Below are positions 1 to 11,926 of a DNA stretch of 64,000 nucleotides, in pieces. Origin of the DNA: Selaginella moellendorffii (Eukaryota > Plantae > Lycopodiophyta); contig NW_003314316.1 in NCBI RefSeq assembly GCF_000143415.4, positions 1,200,666 through 1,264,665 on the forward strand, given 5' to 3'. The position numbers were made by a program, and so were the translations under genes. Within the stretch, counting starts at the first letter, position 1, and each line of letters starts with the position of its first letter. The notes under the pieces are model-generated. The model had not been told where the DNA came from. It saw only the letters and a program-made list of their open reading frames with translations, and ran no database searches.

Positions 1-37
1 TGTACATACTTGAAAGCGTTCTTTTCTTTTTATTCCT

Positions 38-1803
38 TCACCTAATCATGCCACTGGTGTTTGCTCCTCCTAAATTCGCGCCATCCAAATTCTACACACA
101 CAAGGAAGAGCGCGATTAAACTTTTTTCGATCGCAAAGATCGTCACATCGTCTTACAGTTCCTCGAAGATCAGCATGAGCCAAGTACGCTCGCTGGAGAT
201 TTGCTGAGCGAAGATCGGCTCCATTCAATCTTGCTCCCTGGAAACAAAAGTTCTCGCTCGCATGGAGACGAAGCCAAGGAAAATACCTTAAGATTTGCTC
301 CTTCCAAGTTCGCCTTGGCGAAATTGGCATTTGAGAGGTCAGCATTCTGGAATCAACAAAAGTTTTGGCTTAGTACCGCAAGAACGATTAACGAGAGGCC
401 ACCTGTAAGTGTGCAGTGCGAAGATCAGCACCAAGAAGACTGCAGTCCGCCAAGCAAGCATCTGGCAATCCAACCACGTAGAAACCAGTCAGAAAACTTT
501 CCTTTTGCTTGAAAAACTAAGAACTTGAGACCTTGCATGTTGGCACTTTGAAGATTAGCACCCGAGAGAACTGAACCACGGAGGCACGCTCCAACAAATA
601 CAGACCTGTGATCGCCAAAAGCCAGCTTAAAGCAAAAAGAAAAAAGAAAAAAATCGAAACATACTCTCGAAGTATGGCGTTATGGAAGTTGGCGTAATCG
701 GCTGCCGAATCCTGCAATCTGGCCTCGTCAAGTAAGATGGACTTACGAAGACTGATGAACAAACCCGAAAATTCGCCGAGTGTAAGTTGGCTCGACTAAA
801 AAATGTGCTTATGAGCCGTCCATTGCTAAAATCCACTCCTGACAGATCCTGAAACAGCGATCTTAAGCCTGCTTAAGCGTCTGGGGGAAAAAACACCGTA
901 CCAGTTTCGAGAGATTTTGGCCGGAAAGATTCACACCACGTAGTCGAACTCGTTTGGTTTGCAAGCATTTAATCACTTCCTTTCTCGTCAACTCGGCAGT
1001 GTCTTCGTCGTCTTCATCCTTTTTATTTGACACTGCGGTTAGAGCTTCAATCAAACCCTGCCAAAGAGAAAAGAAAAGCCGTTATTTCTGAAAAGCAAAA
1101 GCAAAGCTTACAAAGCTTACACTCAGTTGATAGTACTCGGCCTCGCGTAGAAGCTCCTGGACGGAGGAAGTGTCCAAGGCTGGAGTTACACCATCACGAA
1201 GGTAATTCAATATGTGTCGAAAATGAGTTCCATCTCTGTCAATAAACACTGATCCCTGCTAACATCCATTTTGACATGCAACAAACAAACAACAAAGATC
1301 ATGAAACTCCTACTCTGGCACGCATCAAAAGCTATTTAATCCCTTTCTCTTTTCCTCCCTCTTGAGCAAACAAAACGAAACAAAAGAAAAAGAAGAAAAA
1401 CCAAGCGCGCTTGCCTTGTTTGCATCAATGTGGAGCCGGTGCCGCCCGCTAAACATAATCGCAAGCATAGATCCAGTGTCCCGATGCGTTAGCGTGTCCA
1501 CTGTGGTAGTAAACTGCATCCCTCCTGGCATCCCATCGCCCGAAATATCAGCAACCAGCGGCGATCTCTCCAAAATCTAGCGTCCTAGGGCCGAAACATA
1601 CCGACATTGAGATGAACGATCGATGGAACACCCGGTGCCGGCTCCTGGAGATCCCGCATTTGCGAATCGAGATCTTGCGGCGGCGGCGACGGCTTGCCCT
1701 CTCCGATCGCCAGCCTCCACGCGGCCTCCTCGTCCCGGGCCACACAGGAATCGTCCACAGACACATCCCCATCGCTCTGGGAGGCCCCATCCTCTATCGC
1801 CAT
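38..1803 (-). CDS. FIP2: FIP2-like BTB/POZ + pentapeptide-repeat protein, 11 exons, complete
   Basis: Manual splicing gives ...IVHLNVGGMQFTTTVDTLTHRDTGSMLAIMFSGRH...VFIDRDGTHFRHILNYLRDG...ELLREAEYYQL (KCTD-type BTB), then A(D/N)L pentapeptide repeats, ending NTSGMIR* (TGA 40-38). Introns are GT-AG except one GC-AG (1256-1414). Confidence 0.9.
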
Positions 1804-1968
1804 CCCCCTCCCTCCCCTAGGGATGAAAATGAAAATGCCCTTCTCCTAGTTTCTATTTAACTTCAAACCTAGCCCTAAATCCGTTAACTTTTAAAAGGGT
1901 GGTCTTTCTTTATTACCATTAATAAGATAGAGCTTTACAGCTAAACCCGATTACTTTACAAAATTAGC

Positions 1969-3450
1969 TTAGTTCCTTCTCGGCACCACTCTATAATGTA
2001 TGTCTACGTAGCTCTCTACGTCCCACAAGTAGCTCCCAAACGCCGCCGCCTCCATCACCAGCGCTCTCAAGCTCGCGAATTTGATCTGGATTGCATCGTC
2101 TCGCGCAAGACCCACGCTGCCATCCGCCGCCACTCGCAAATCCGGCCTCCCAAACAGCGCCTCGGCGTGCCTCTCGATCAAATCCACCGTCTCGTGCGTC
2201 CTCATCGTCGCGTATCTCGACAGCGTCTCGTGATCAAACTTGGCAACATACGCTCGCAGATCGTTGTTCTTGAGCGCCACCTGCGATGGCGATCGCGAGG
2301 AGGAGCTCACCAGATCGAGCTCGCTCGCTGCTGCTGCTGCCTGGATCATCTCGGAGCTCTCCCGCTTCTCGATGCTCAAGAACTGGGTGGTGAATCCCCG
2401 CCCCGACTCCGCCACCCTCGTCAGGATCTTCATCTTCTTCTCCAGCTGGTAGCGCTCGTCGACGCGCTTGAGGAAGTAGCCATACATGACCGACGTCGCG
2501 TAGATCTGCCCGACTCGGAGCTTGCTGATCTGCGCCACCGTGTGTGGCTCCACTCGGCTCAGCGTCGCGTGTCCGCCGAGAACCATCTCCATGTGTTCCT
2601 TGATCATCTCGAACGCCTCCGGCGAGTGGACGCTCTCGAGATCCTTCTCTTGGATCGGCCAGGAGCAAGCGCTTCCTCCTTCTCGGTTGACGAGCGCCGA
2701 GATCTTTGGAACCATCTTGATCCCGGCCTTGAGGAACTTCTCCACGACGAGGACGTAGATCACTTCCTGGACTGCTCGTCGCCGCTCCTCGGACTTGAGC
2801 TGCGCGATCCTCCTGTTCCAATCCAAAGCTCGTCAACTCCAAGGATGATCATCGCGGAAGAACAAGAAAAGTTCTTACTTGTAGAGGATGTGATCGTTGC
2901 CGGCTGGATTTGGCTGCTCCAGCGCGCTCCTCCTCTCCAAATCGAGTAGCTCGAGCTGCTGCTCGGCCGCGGCGTGGAAGAGGTGTGGATTTCCCTTGAG
3001 CGTTTGCATCAAGAACTGGCCGGCGGGAGAGCCTGGCTCCAGCGGCGCGATTGGCCTGTCCGCGACAAGAGCTTCCGCGATCTCGATGGCCCTCTGATGC
3101 GAATCCTCGTCGGAGGAGCTCGCCGTGGCGCCGCCTTCCTCTCCACACGATCGAGCCGCCCACACCGATTTCTTGGATGAGAAAAGCATCGTTGGCGGCG
3201 AGGAGGAATCTGGCAGCCAGGTCGCCTTTGGGATGGAATTCCCACTCCCCACTGGGAAATCTCGTCCCTGAGCTCCATTCTTGCAAGAACGAGCAAAACT
3301 TGGTACCTTTCTTCCTGTCATGAAGCAGCTCGAGGGGGATGCCAGCGACCAGAGGGCAATCGATCCTCCCTCCAGCGAGAGCGAGGAAGAAATCTTTCCA
3401 GTGGCAGCGTGGCGAGGCCGGCAGATTGACGCCGCAGCTTCCAGATTCAT
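1969..3450 (-). CDS. DUF760 / UV-B-induced At3g17800-like chloroplast protein, 2 exons (intron 2813-2878)
   Basis: Motifs IAPLEPGSPAGQFL...PHLFHAAAEQQLE, LYKRIAQLK, LHSPEAFEMI-like, ISKLRVGQIYATSVMYGYFLKRVD, LVMEAAAFGSYLWDVESYVD; Ser-rich transit-peptide-like N-terminus. Confidence 0.9.
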
Positions 3451-3546
3451 CGCTTCCCTACAGTGATCTCGCGACTGGAATTCCTGAAGAACTCAACCTC
3501 TCAAGATCGATGCATTGCGAATCCACTGAAAGCCTGCGCTAGCCGA

Positions 3547-3717
3547 TTATCGGCGGCTCATCGCGGCGCCGCTCATCCTCGTCCTCGCGCTCACACGCCG
3601 CCACCGCCATCTTCTTAGCCCACACACCCGAAACGGACGGCTAGGACACCCTCCTGCCAGGACGAGATCGTGGCCGTCGAGTACGCACAGATAAGCCGAC
3701 CACGCGTCCCAGAGCAT
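3547..3717 (-). other. Candidate peptide-coding uORF (56 aa) in the DUF760 gene leader
   Basis: ATG 3717 to TAA 3547: MLWDAWSAYLCVLDGHDLVLAGGCPSRPFRVC...; ends ~96 nt before the DUF760 ATG on the same strand. Confidence 0.4.
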
Positions 3718-3766
3718 ATTCCCCGGACAAAAGATAAGCTTCTGGAAAAAAGAAAAATCTCCTCTA

Positions 3767-4686
3767 CTACACAACACTATCCCCCCAGACTTCTTCGTCG
3801 CTGATAACGTTCACTTCTACAGTCGATCGTCCCGATGGAATCTGGAAGAATTAAAAAAGGATATGGTTTTTGATCGCAACAAGAGCTTAGCTTTTGATCG
3901 ATTAAAAGCTTACCGGACAAATGCAGCTTCTTACAAGATTTCCTCGATTTGCCTCGGCTCGGTATCCAGCCTGAAAAGAGCGAGAGAATTAAAAAAACGA
4001 AGTTTTTTACTTCAGTCGAGAACTCGAAAAGATCAAACTTGCCTCTTGTGCGCCTCCGACCACGTCCAGCTCGCAGTGGCAGCAAGTTCCTTCGAAGCAA
4101 AAGTCCTGGAGGCCGAGAAATGAGACTCGATTCAAGCAAAACGTTTTGAGTGGAGAGCTTACATCATTTGGAACAAGAACACCACAACGCTCGGCCACTT
4201 TCAGCAGGTTCTCGCCAGAGTTCGCAGTCACAGTCACCTGAGCAAGCAAGAATAAAAGAAAGTAAAAATGAAAACCATATCTTCGATTGAAGAGCAGATC
4301 ACTCACATTGTCTCCACTGCCAGTGTTGAATCTCACCTCCACTTTCTCGGCCGACTTGTCGCTGTGCAAAAATGTTAGTTTTCTTAAGTGATGCTAAAAC
4401 TTTAGAACTTCACCTCTCACCACTCCAATAATATGTTCCTGGAACAGCACTCTCTTTGAATCGTTCTTCCCCAACAGTTCCTCTTTTGAGATTGGCATCC
4501 CTGTCTAGAGCACCGATTGAGACAACCCTGGAGGAAAAATGGAAAAGCGACGAACTTACCAGAGATCAGTGAGGAAGAGGACGCTAGTGCACAAGGAACT
4601 CGAGCAGCTCTGATGGGCAAATGGGAAATGGAATTCCAGCGTAGAGTTCCAGGAAGTGCCACCACTCCAAGGCAGGAGCAGGCCAT
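3767..4686 (-). CDS. Plastid-targeted 2Fe-2S ferredoxin-like protein, 7 exons
   Basis: Spliced frame ...VEVRFNTGSGDNVTVTANSGENLLKVAERCGVLVPNDDFCFEGTCCHCELDV...LVRSCICPIPSGRSTVEV...WGDSVV*; Cx4Cx2C...C motif; GC-AG intron 3971-4042. Confidence 0.82.
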
Positions 4687-4775
4687 TCTTCTACCACTGC
4701 TGCTCTTACTTCTTAGGTAATTACGCTCCGTTCCAGTAAAAGATCTCCATTTTTGTTGCGGGCCTGTCGGATGAG

Positions 4776-5833
4776 ATGACTCATTCTATCGAATTTGCAG
4801 CTCCTTTGCTCTGCTCGAGACGCTCTTCCGGGGTGGCGCGATTGAACTGCTGCTGCTCCTCGCAATTCTCACCAGTTCCAGCAGCACAAAATGGTAGGAG
4901 GGCTTTCGTCTTGAGTTCTGGATTGGTAGCTGGACTCTTCACTTCCGTCACCGAAGGTAGAGAAAACTTCGTCTCGGTCTGGATTGGGCTGACAAGTGAA
5001 TGGCTGCTTCTCGTCCATCCAGATGCTCGAGCGGGCCTGGAGAAATACATGAAAAAGTAAGTTTTTCTTGGAGCTTACATAAAACTGTGAAGGAATTTCA
5101 GTACAAACCATTCCACAGAAAGAAGCTGGATCCACTAGAGACTTATATCCCAGGTATCATCCTGTGCCAATCGCAGTTTCAGGAGCTCGGTAAGCCTGTC
5201 AAGAGAAAATACTTTCTTTGAAAGAAGCAAACGAACCTTACGTTGATGACGCTGGAAGTAGAAGCCAAACTTGGAGGCGAGAAGGTCGAGTATCAAGACG
5301 CACGGTCCCTTCTTCGTTCCGGACCAGCAGGATCCCTCAGGAGCAACATTCGTGCTGTAAAAATCGATCCTTCTTTTTCATTTGTTCTTAAGTTTATCTG
5401 AGTCTCAGGTCGCGGAGTACGCATCGGAATCGGGAGATGGAGCAGCTGCCGCAGACGCTGTAAAGCTGTGCTTGAGGTAAGTACAAGTGAAGAGAAAAGT
5501 TTAATTACCTCGCTCGCTCCCAGATCTTTGGAGGACTTGGACTCACTGCTCTTGAGAAGATCTCGAGATGACACCTCCATCACTGTCGATTCCATGAAAG
5601 CCAAGCTTGGAACTTCCATGCAAGCCTTGGACAGGTACCCTGTAGCGTAGTGAAAAAACAAACAAGACCAAACAATATCCTGTGTTCCTCTCAGGCTTCT
5701 CCAAACAGTTCCACAGCCCATTCTCGAGCAAGGCAAAGCGGCTGCCATGGCCTTCTTGGACGACACCCCGGAAGTTGTGACCGACGACGTCGACATAAAA
5801 AGCTTGGAAGATCTCATAACCACAACAAAATAG
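4776..5833 (+). CDS. Uncharacterised chloroplast thylakoid-lumen protein (At5g42765-like), ~7 exons
   Basis: Transit peptide with RR + hydrophobic stretch + ARA (Tat signal); mature KKLDPLETYIPGIIL...LLRSGPAGSLRSNIRAVAEYA...LEDLDSLLLR...LLQTVPQ; stop TAG 5831-5833. Family assignment from memory. Confidence 0.75.
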
Positions 5834-5901
5834 CTCTGATCAATCAAAGTTTCTATCCAAAGTCCATAAAACCAAACGAAAGACCAAGAACAGACTCTCC
5901 A

Positions 5902-6529
5902 TCATCTCCTGGGAACAAGCTTTTTCAGAAGCTCGGGACTGGGGAAACGATCCTCTTCAATGTAGTAGTGATTCCCCCTGGCGAAGAACGTAACAAGAGG
6001 CTTGTTCGTGTCGGGAGGATGGACATCGCTAAGCTGGATCTTCCGCTCGACGCGTCGAGCCAAGACGTCGAGCGTCTCAATGGCGACCTCTTTGGAACCG
6101 GGCTTCCATGAAAGCTTGCGAACATAAGGACCAGCGTACCAATGCAAGCCAGCAGTAGTGAGAGCGCTAAGCATCATCATCATGGAAGCTATGGAGGACT
6201 TTGCAACGACGGAGACCTCGGGATATGTGTGGAACGCTAGCACGGGAGCGCCGAGAGAGGAGAAGACGAAGGAGGTGAAAGAGAGGATTTTCACTCGCCT
6301 CAGTGTGCCGGCCATGGCGCCCTCGTACACAACCTCCGGCTTGGAAGCCGCCGCCGCCGCCGCTACCTTCCCCTGCTTGAGATCTTCGCGAAGAGCTGGC
6401 TGAGAAGCCCATCGCTGGTGCTCCAGCCGCGCTAGCCGGAGCGCAAAACCTAGAAATCGATCCAAATCAGTCGATCACAGGGAAAATGTGGACGATCTCA
6501 CCTTGGCGCCGGAGAGCCGCGGCAGCCAT
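5902..6529 (-). CDS. TMEM70-family (DUF1301) mitochondrial membrane protein, 2 exons
   Basis: ATG 6529 MAAAALRRQG, intron, then VVYEGAMAGTLRRVKILSFTS...TTAGLHWYAGPYVRKLSW...DTNKPLVTFFARGNHYYIE; two TM segments. Confidence 0.8.
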
Positions 6530-6591
6530 AGCCCGTAAAAACCCTAAACCCTAGTTCTTGAGCAAATGTATGTTCTTATAATGCTTCTTCC
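6530..6591. promoter_or_regulatory. 62-bp divergent intergenic spacer with tandem telo-boxes
   Basis: AAACCCTAAACCCTAG at ~6539-6554 between two divergent ATGs. Confidence 0.6.
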
Positions 6592-8397
6592 ATGGCCCTT
6601 CGTCTCCACCTCCTGGCCAAGCTTGTGCGTCACTGTGGAAGCGAGCGAGATCTTTGCAGTGGGCGGCGCATCCATCTCCAAATCATCGCAAGCCAGTACC
6701 GCGATAGCATCTATCTCTCCAATCTCCTCATTGACATGTACTCCAAGTGCCTCAGCCTTGACGAAGCCGAGCGCGTCTTCCAATCCATCAAAACCCCCAA
6801 CGTTTTCTCCTGGAACATCCTCATGGCCGCCTACTCGCAGCACGGCCTCCTCCAAGACGCCATCGCCGTGTTCCTGGACATGACCCAGCGGGACGTGGTG
6901 TCCTGGAACCAGATCCTCGCAGCGCATACCCAAACAGGAGATCTCGATCGAGCCCAATCCATCTTCCAGAGAATGCCCCATCGCGATCTGGTATCTTGGA
7001 ACACCCTGATCGCGGGACTGGCGGAGTCTGGATTTGCGGCCACGGCGAAAGAGCTGCTGGATTCATCCCCGGAGCACGACTGCCTCACGCACAACCCCAT
7101 GATCCAGGCATTTGCCCTCTCTGGGCAAATCCAAGAGGCCCGGGAGCTCTTCGAGGGATTGCTGGAGCGCAATGACGTTTCCTGGAACTCGATGATCGCG
7201 GCCTACACCGCGAATGGTCTTGCCGACGAAGCGAGGATGATCTTCGAGAGAATGCCGCTGTGGGACATCGTTTCTTGGACCGCCATGGTCACCGCCGCTG
7301 CTCAAGCCGGGGAGATCGACGAAGCCAGGAAGATCTTCGACGCCATGCCGCAGAGAAATATCATCTCCTGGAACGCGATGATCCAAGCCTACGCTCAAGG
7401 CGGCCGGGCAAAGGAAGCGCGATCGATATTCACCGCCATGGAGGAGGAGCAACCGCGATCGCGGTCCATCCTGGCCTGGAATTCGCTGCTTCTGGCCTAC
7501 TCCTTCGGTAATCTGGATCAAGCCTCCTCGATCTTCCACCGGATGAGCGCCTGGAACATGGCATCGCTCAACACGATGCTGGCAATCTTCGCTCAAAACG
7601 GACACATCCAAGAAGCGCGAGAGATGTTCTTGGATCTGCCAGAGAAGGACGTAATATCCGGCAACACGATGATCAACGCGTGCCTGGAGCAGCGAAATCC
7701 CCAAGAAGCGAGGGAGATCTTCGAAAGAATGGAGCGGCGCGACGTGATCACCTGGACGGCAGTGATCGCGAGCTACGCCTCCGGCGGCAGCGTCGGCCAA
7801 GCCAAGGCCCTGTTCGATTCAATCCCTAGCCGCAACGCCGTGACCTGCAACGTGATGATCCAGGCGCACGCCGAGCAAGGACAGCTAGATCGAGCAGCGC
7901 AAATCTTCTCCACAGTCCCGGATCCGAGCACTCTCTCCTGGAACGCGATCATCCACGCCTACGCGCGCAATGCCCACAGCGAAAGAGCCCTAGAGCTCTT
8001 GGCGGGAATGGCCCAGTACGGAACGCGCCCAAACTGGGTCACATTAGTGGGCCTCTTGTACGGCTGTAGCCACGCCGGGAAGGTGCCCGAGGGGGTGTCG
8101 TGCTTTCGATTGATCGAGGAGCTCACAGCGGCGCCGCCAACGCTGGATCACTTCGTGTGCGCGATCGATCTGTTTGGGCGATCCAAGCGCCTGGACGAGG
8201 CGGAGGATTTGCTCGACAATATGCCCTTCAAGGAGGACGTGGTAGCTTGCACGACGCTGCTGGGCGCATGCCAAATCCATGGCGATGCGGAGAGGGGGAC
8301 TCGCATCGCGCGGCGTGTGGTGGAGTTCCAGCAGGACGAGGCCTGCCCGTACGTGCTTCTCTCTAGCGCCTACATTGCTAACAGAGGAAGATTATAA
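6592..8397 (+). CDS. PLS-class pentatricopeptide repeat protein with long SS-motif run and E domain, no DYW (601 aa, intronless)
   Basis: Repeated ~31-aa DVVSWNxMIxAYAQxG..EA..F..MP motifs; C-terminal GCSHAG...HFVCAIDLFGRS...LLGACQIHGD...PYVLLSSAY. Confidence 0.92.
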   Translation: MALRLHLLAKLVRHCGSERDLCSGRRIHLQIIASQYRDSIYLSNLLIDMYSKCLSLDEAERVFQSIKTPNVFSWNILMAAYSQHGLLQDAIAVFLDMTQRDVVSWNQILAAHTQTGDLDRAQSIFQRMPHRDLVSWNTLIAGLAESGFAATAKELLDSSPEHDCLTHNPMIQAFALSGQIQEARELFEGLLERNDVSWNSMIAAYTANGLADEARMIFERMPLWDIVSWTAMVTAAAQAGEIDEARKIFDAMPQRNIISWNAMIQAYAQGGRAKEARSIFTAMEEEQPRSRSILAWNSLLLAYSFGNLDQASSIFHRMSAWNMASLNTMLAIFAQNGHIQEAREMFLDLPEKDVISGNTMINACLEQRNPQEAREIFERMERRDVITWTAVIASYASGGSVGQAKALFDSIPSRNAVTCNVMIQAHAEQGQLDRAAQIFSTVPDPSTLSWNAIIHAYARNAHSERALELLAGMAQYGTRPNWVTLVGLLYGCSHAGKVPEGVSCFRLIEELTAAPPTLDHFVCAIDLFGRSKRLDEAEDLLDNMPFKEDVVACTTLLGACQIHGDAERGTRIARRVVEFQQDEACPYVLLSSAYIANRGRL

Positions 8398-9519
8398 ACA
8401 TGGTCGGCAAAGATCATTCGCTACTTGCAGTAGAGATTGACTATAGATCTTCTCACAACCAGTTTTGGAGAAGTGTGGATACCAGAATACACCACAATCA
8501 GCTAGACATTTCTCACTTCGATTTTGAATTTGCTATAGGACAACATTGTCCTGTGTTTGGTGACTCGGAAATCACATCTCTTGTGAGCTGTTTTTTGTGC
8601 CGTATTTTGCAATATGGTCAAGAGGATAAAGGGATATTGTCATTTCCGAAAAACTAGTTTCTCAAATTCAACCTTGTAGGAGGAGCACATCACAAATGTC
8701 TAGACAAAATAAAACTGAGCCAACAAGAACAAGAATAACAGATCTGTTAAAAGTAGTCTCACATGGTTTCAAGCTCTAGAAGGAAAAAAAATAATTCAAC
8801 CATAAAAATGCAAATCACTACAATGGCACAAGATTGCAATGCTGAAAAGACTGAGAGCTTTAGCCAACAGTTAGCCCCTCTATTTAGCATAGGAGGTTGC
8901 TTGGTGTGCTAAGTAGAGGGGCACTGTTGTTTGGTGTGCTAAGTAGAGACTTCCTGTAAAACAACATGTTGTTTCACTCCCTCTCCACTTATGTGGAGGT
9001 GCACCTCCTTTTTGTATTTTCTGCCCCTCTCCCATCTGTTGCCACCCTGCCCTCCTGCCCACAACTATCACCCGAGATCAGCCATTGGAGACAATGAATT
9101 GAGCATGTCTCTGTGAGCATATCAGTTTGATATCATACTAATTGACCTAAAAAATTTCACATGATCAACTATTCCAGACTATTTCAACAAACAATCCCTT
9201 TATTGTTCATTTCCCATATATTCCTAACATTCCTTTTCCGAATGTTTAATATAATATCACTGGCTTAATTCTTTCAACCAGTTTTTAGTTGGACTGTGCT
9301 AGTTTTATAACTATAAAACTTGATATTTAGTGATAACTTAATAATTAATTAATTAATTAACACTAAGTCAATCTATTTTACTAATCATGAGCTTTTTATG
9401 CAAAAACCAATGTTGTTTATATGAATCATTATAAATTTGAAAAATTGTATAACAAAATATATACCATTCAATAATAGTTTCATATGCATAAGCTATATTA
9501 TCTTGATTATAAATTATAA

Positions 9520-9600
9520 AAGTATTATAGTTTGTTGGTAAATCTGTTAGCACTTAAAGTAGATTGTTGGATGAAAAAAATATGAAACTAAGGCATTGAT
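9520..9600 (+). mobile_element. Small relic of family A internal region
   Basis: CTGTTAGCACTTAAAGTAGATTGTTGGATG...AAGGCATT matches 35514-35567. Confidence 0.45.
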
Positions 9601-10819
9601 GCTATACTTGCTATCGAAAAAGGAAATCATCATATAAAAGGATGTTAGGATTTTCTACTTTAAATTTGATCAAGCTTTATTTTTTCATCATTTAGAATTT
9701 GAATACCAAGATTATTATTTACAAATTTGCAATGAATGTTTAAGTTTGGACCTACTTTATTGTATATGCTGATATATTTTTTATCACATAATATGATAAA
9801 TATAAAAAGAAATGAAATATATATGAAGTAATGAAAATGAGATAAAAAATTTCTATCTATAAGAGAATTTATATATCATTTAAAAATAGACACTATTTAT
9901 ATATTGATAATATTTGTCATTTAAAAATCTAAAATTATATTTATTTTAAAAATATTGGTTCTTTTATTGAATTTTACTCTTTTATAAAAGAAAATATAAG
10001 CTTTAGCTAGCAAATGGATACCAAAAATAATTTTTTTGTTTGATTTGATTAAGAATAAATTAAATACAATTTTAATTAATGTATTATTTAAAGAGTAAAT
10101 GGTATTCTATTATTATTATTATTATTATTATGAAATTTGTTATGTATAAGGATTTATATATATTATAAAGATACAAATTAAATAATTTTCACAGAATGCA
10201 AGCAATTTGAGCTATTTAATTTATGATAAGCCTTCACTAATTCCATATCATTTATAACTTAGAAAAAAAGGCCTAAATGTTTTATGGATAAGATTTGATG
10301 GAAAAATTCATTATAGGTGAAAAAACATTTGTTTGTGATAAACATATAATTTGCTATATGTTATGTTGATTTTTTAATTTTTTTTTCTTGGTTGCTAGTG
10401 AGCTTGTTAAAGCTAAATGGTGAAGTTTACTGGTGTCAATTTGAAATGCAGAAACTACAAGCTACCACATTGTTTGAATTCAATGTTGTTTAAGATTGTT
10501 GTGTATTCACAAGATTAAAGTGTACATCATGAACATTTGCTTAGCATTTGGATGGGCTTATATAATGAACAACTTATAAACACTTCAAACAAAAATGTAA
10601 TAAGGAGTCTTTCTACAATCAAGATCCACTTTCTTATTCACTCCAAGAGTTTACAGTACAAAGCCAACCAGTCTCAAGATGCCATATTACAAGTAGTAAA
10701 ATCTAGATCAGAGATACAAAAAAGCTAAAGATTATATCTGCCGACTCTATTAAATTGTAAACAAAGACTGGTGCGCACGGAAAGTTGTATTCATGGATTT
10801 TATTTTTTCATTTCAAGGT

Positions 10820-11782
10820 TTACAGCAGTTTTTTCCTCTCGAAAAACACTTTCATGTGTAACGATTGGAAGACCGCTACCAGCAAGCAAAAAAGCAAGGA
10901 CAGTGCACCGAGCACGACTATCCTTGTGTTCGTGGACTCGTTAAAAGCGCGCATCTCTTGTTCCCTGCCATGACAATTTCTCACAATCGATTAAACGAAG
11001 CTGCGAAACAAACGTTATCACTTACTTCTCTCGCAAGAAGAGCATCTCTTCGTGAATGGAATCCACTAGCTCTTCTATCTTTCGAAGCTCCAGCTCCACT
11101 CCCTGGAACACATCCAAGTATTGTCATGGTTCTACATTTGATACGAAACAAAAAGGTAAATAGCTTACATCGATGTGCTCGCGCTTGGCAATGTTTCCCC
11201 AGTCTTTAGCGGCAACACCAGTCTTCCAGTCGAGATCGACCGCAACCACGGCTTCCTTGGCGTCCACATTCTCGAGCCAGAAGCAAGCAACGTAAACTCC
11301 CGTTGTGCTTGCTTTGAAACCAAACTGTCCCTTGTCAACTCCCTCGGCCAGATGGAGCGTGTATCCATCTGGATCAGACAGCTATGGAAACAAAATAAGA
11401 AGATGAGATGACCCAAGTTTGATCGTCTATCCATCACAGTTATTCCAATTACGCACCAAGGAAAGACATTGAATTGGAAACGTAAGCTAGATCTATCTCT
11501 CCAGTTGACCAAGCAAACACGCAGCAAATTTCTCCGGAGCTAAATCCGTCTAGAGTCTAGACAGCTTACCCGGGCGTGGATTTTGTGGATCGCCGGCTTG
11601 TCGAGCTCCTTGGGATCGGTAACGCGATATTCGCCCAACACCAGCGCGCCAGAGTGGAGCTCCTCGTTCATGCACTTTGTGCGCTCCTTGTGGATCTCGA
11701 AGCTGAGCGATCGCGCGGGCGACACGCAGAGGAGCAGTGAGATCACAAGGACGGAGAGCGCGGCCGACAGCGCCTTGGCCAT
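10820..11782 (-). CDS. p24 delta / emp24-gp25L (GOLD domain) ER-Golgi cargo receptor, 4 exons
   Basis: Signal peptide, KCMNEEL, GQFGFKAS...YVACFW, LDWKTGVAAKDW, ELELRKIEE, NESTNTR, TM and C-terminal FFERKKLL* dilysine motif. Confidence 0.92.
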
Positions 11783-11926
11783 CGCCGGAGAGACTGCGGT
11801 AGACCTAAAATATAGCTAAGGGCTGATTTGACTATAAAAGAGAGTGGGCAAAAGGGGTAAAAGATACACAAGTTTCTCTTGATCGATCGATCGCTCGCTC
11901 GATCGCGCTCGAAATCCTCGATCGCA

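Noticed and set aside
1996-2949. 317-aa plus-strand ORF and similar antisense ORFs (7063-7800, 20859-21590, 29462-30193)
   Set aside because: Shadow frames of GC-rich genuine genes or gag; no recognisable motifs.
8898-8948. Direct repeat TTGGTGTGCTAAGTAGAG x2
   Set aside because: A local duplication with no further structure.
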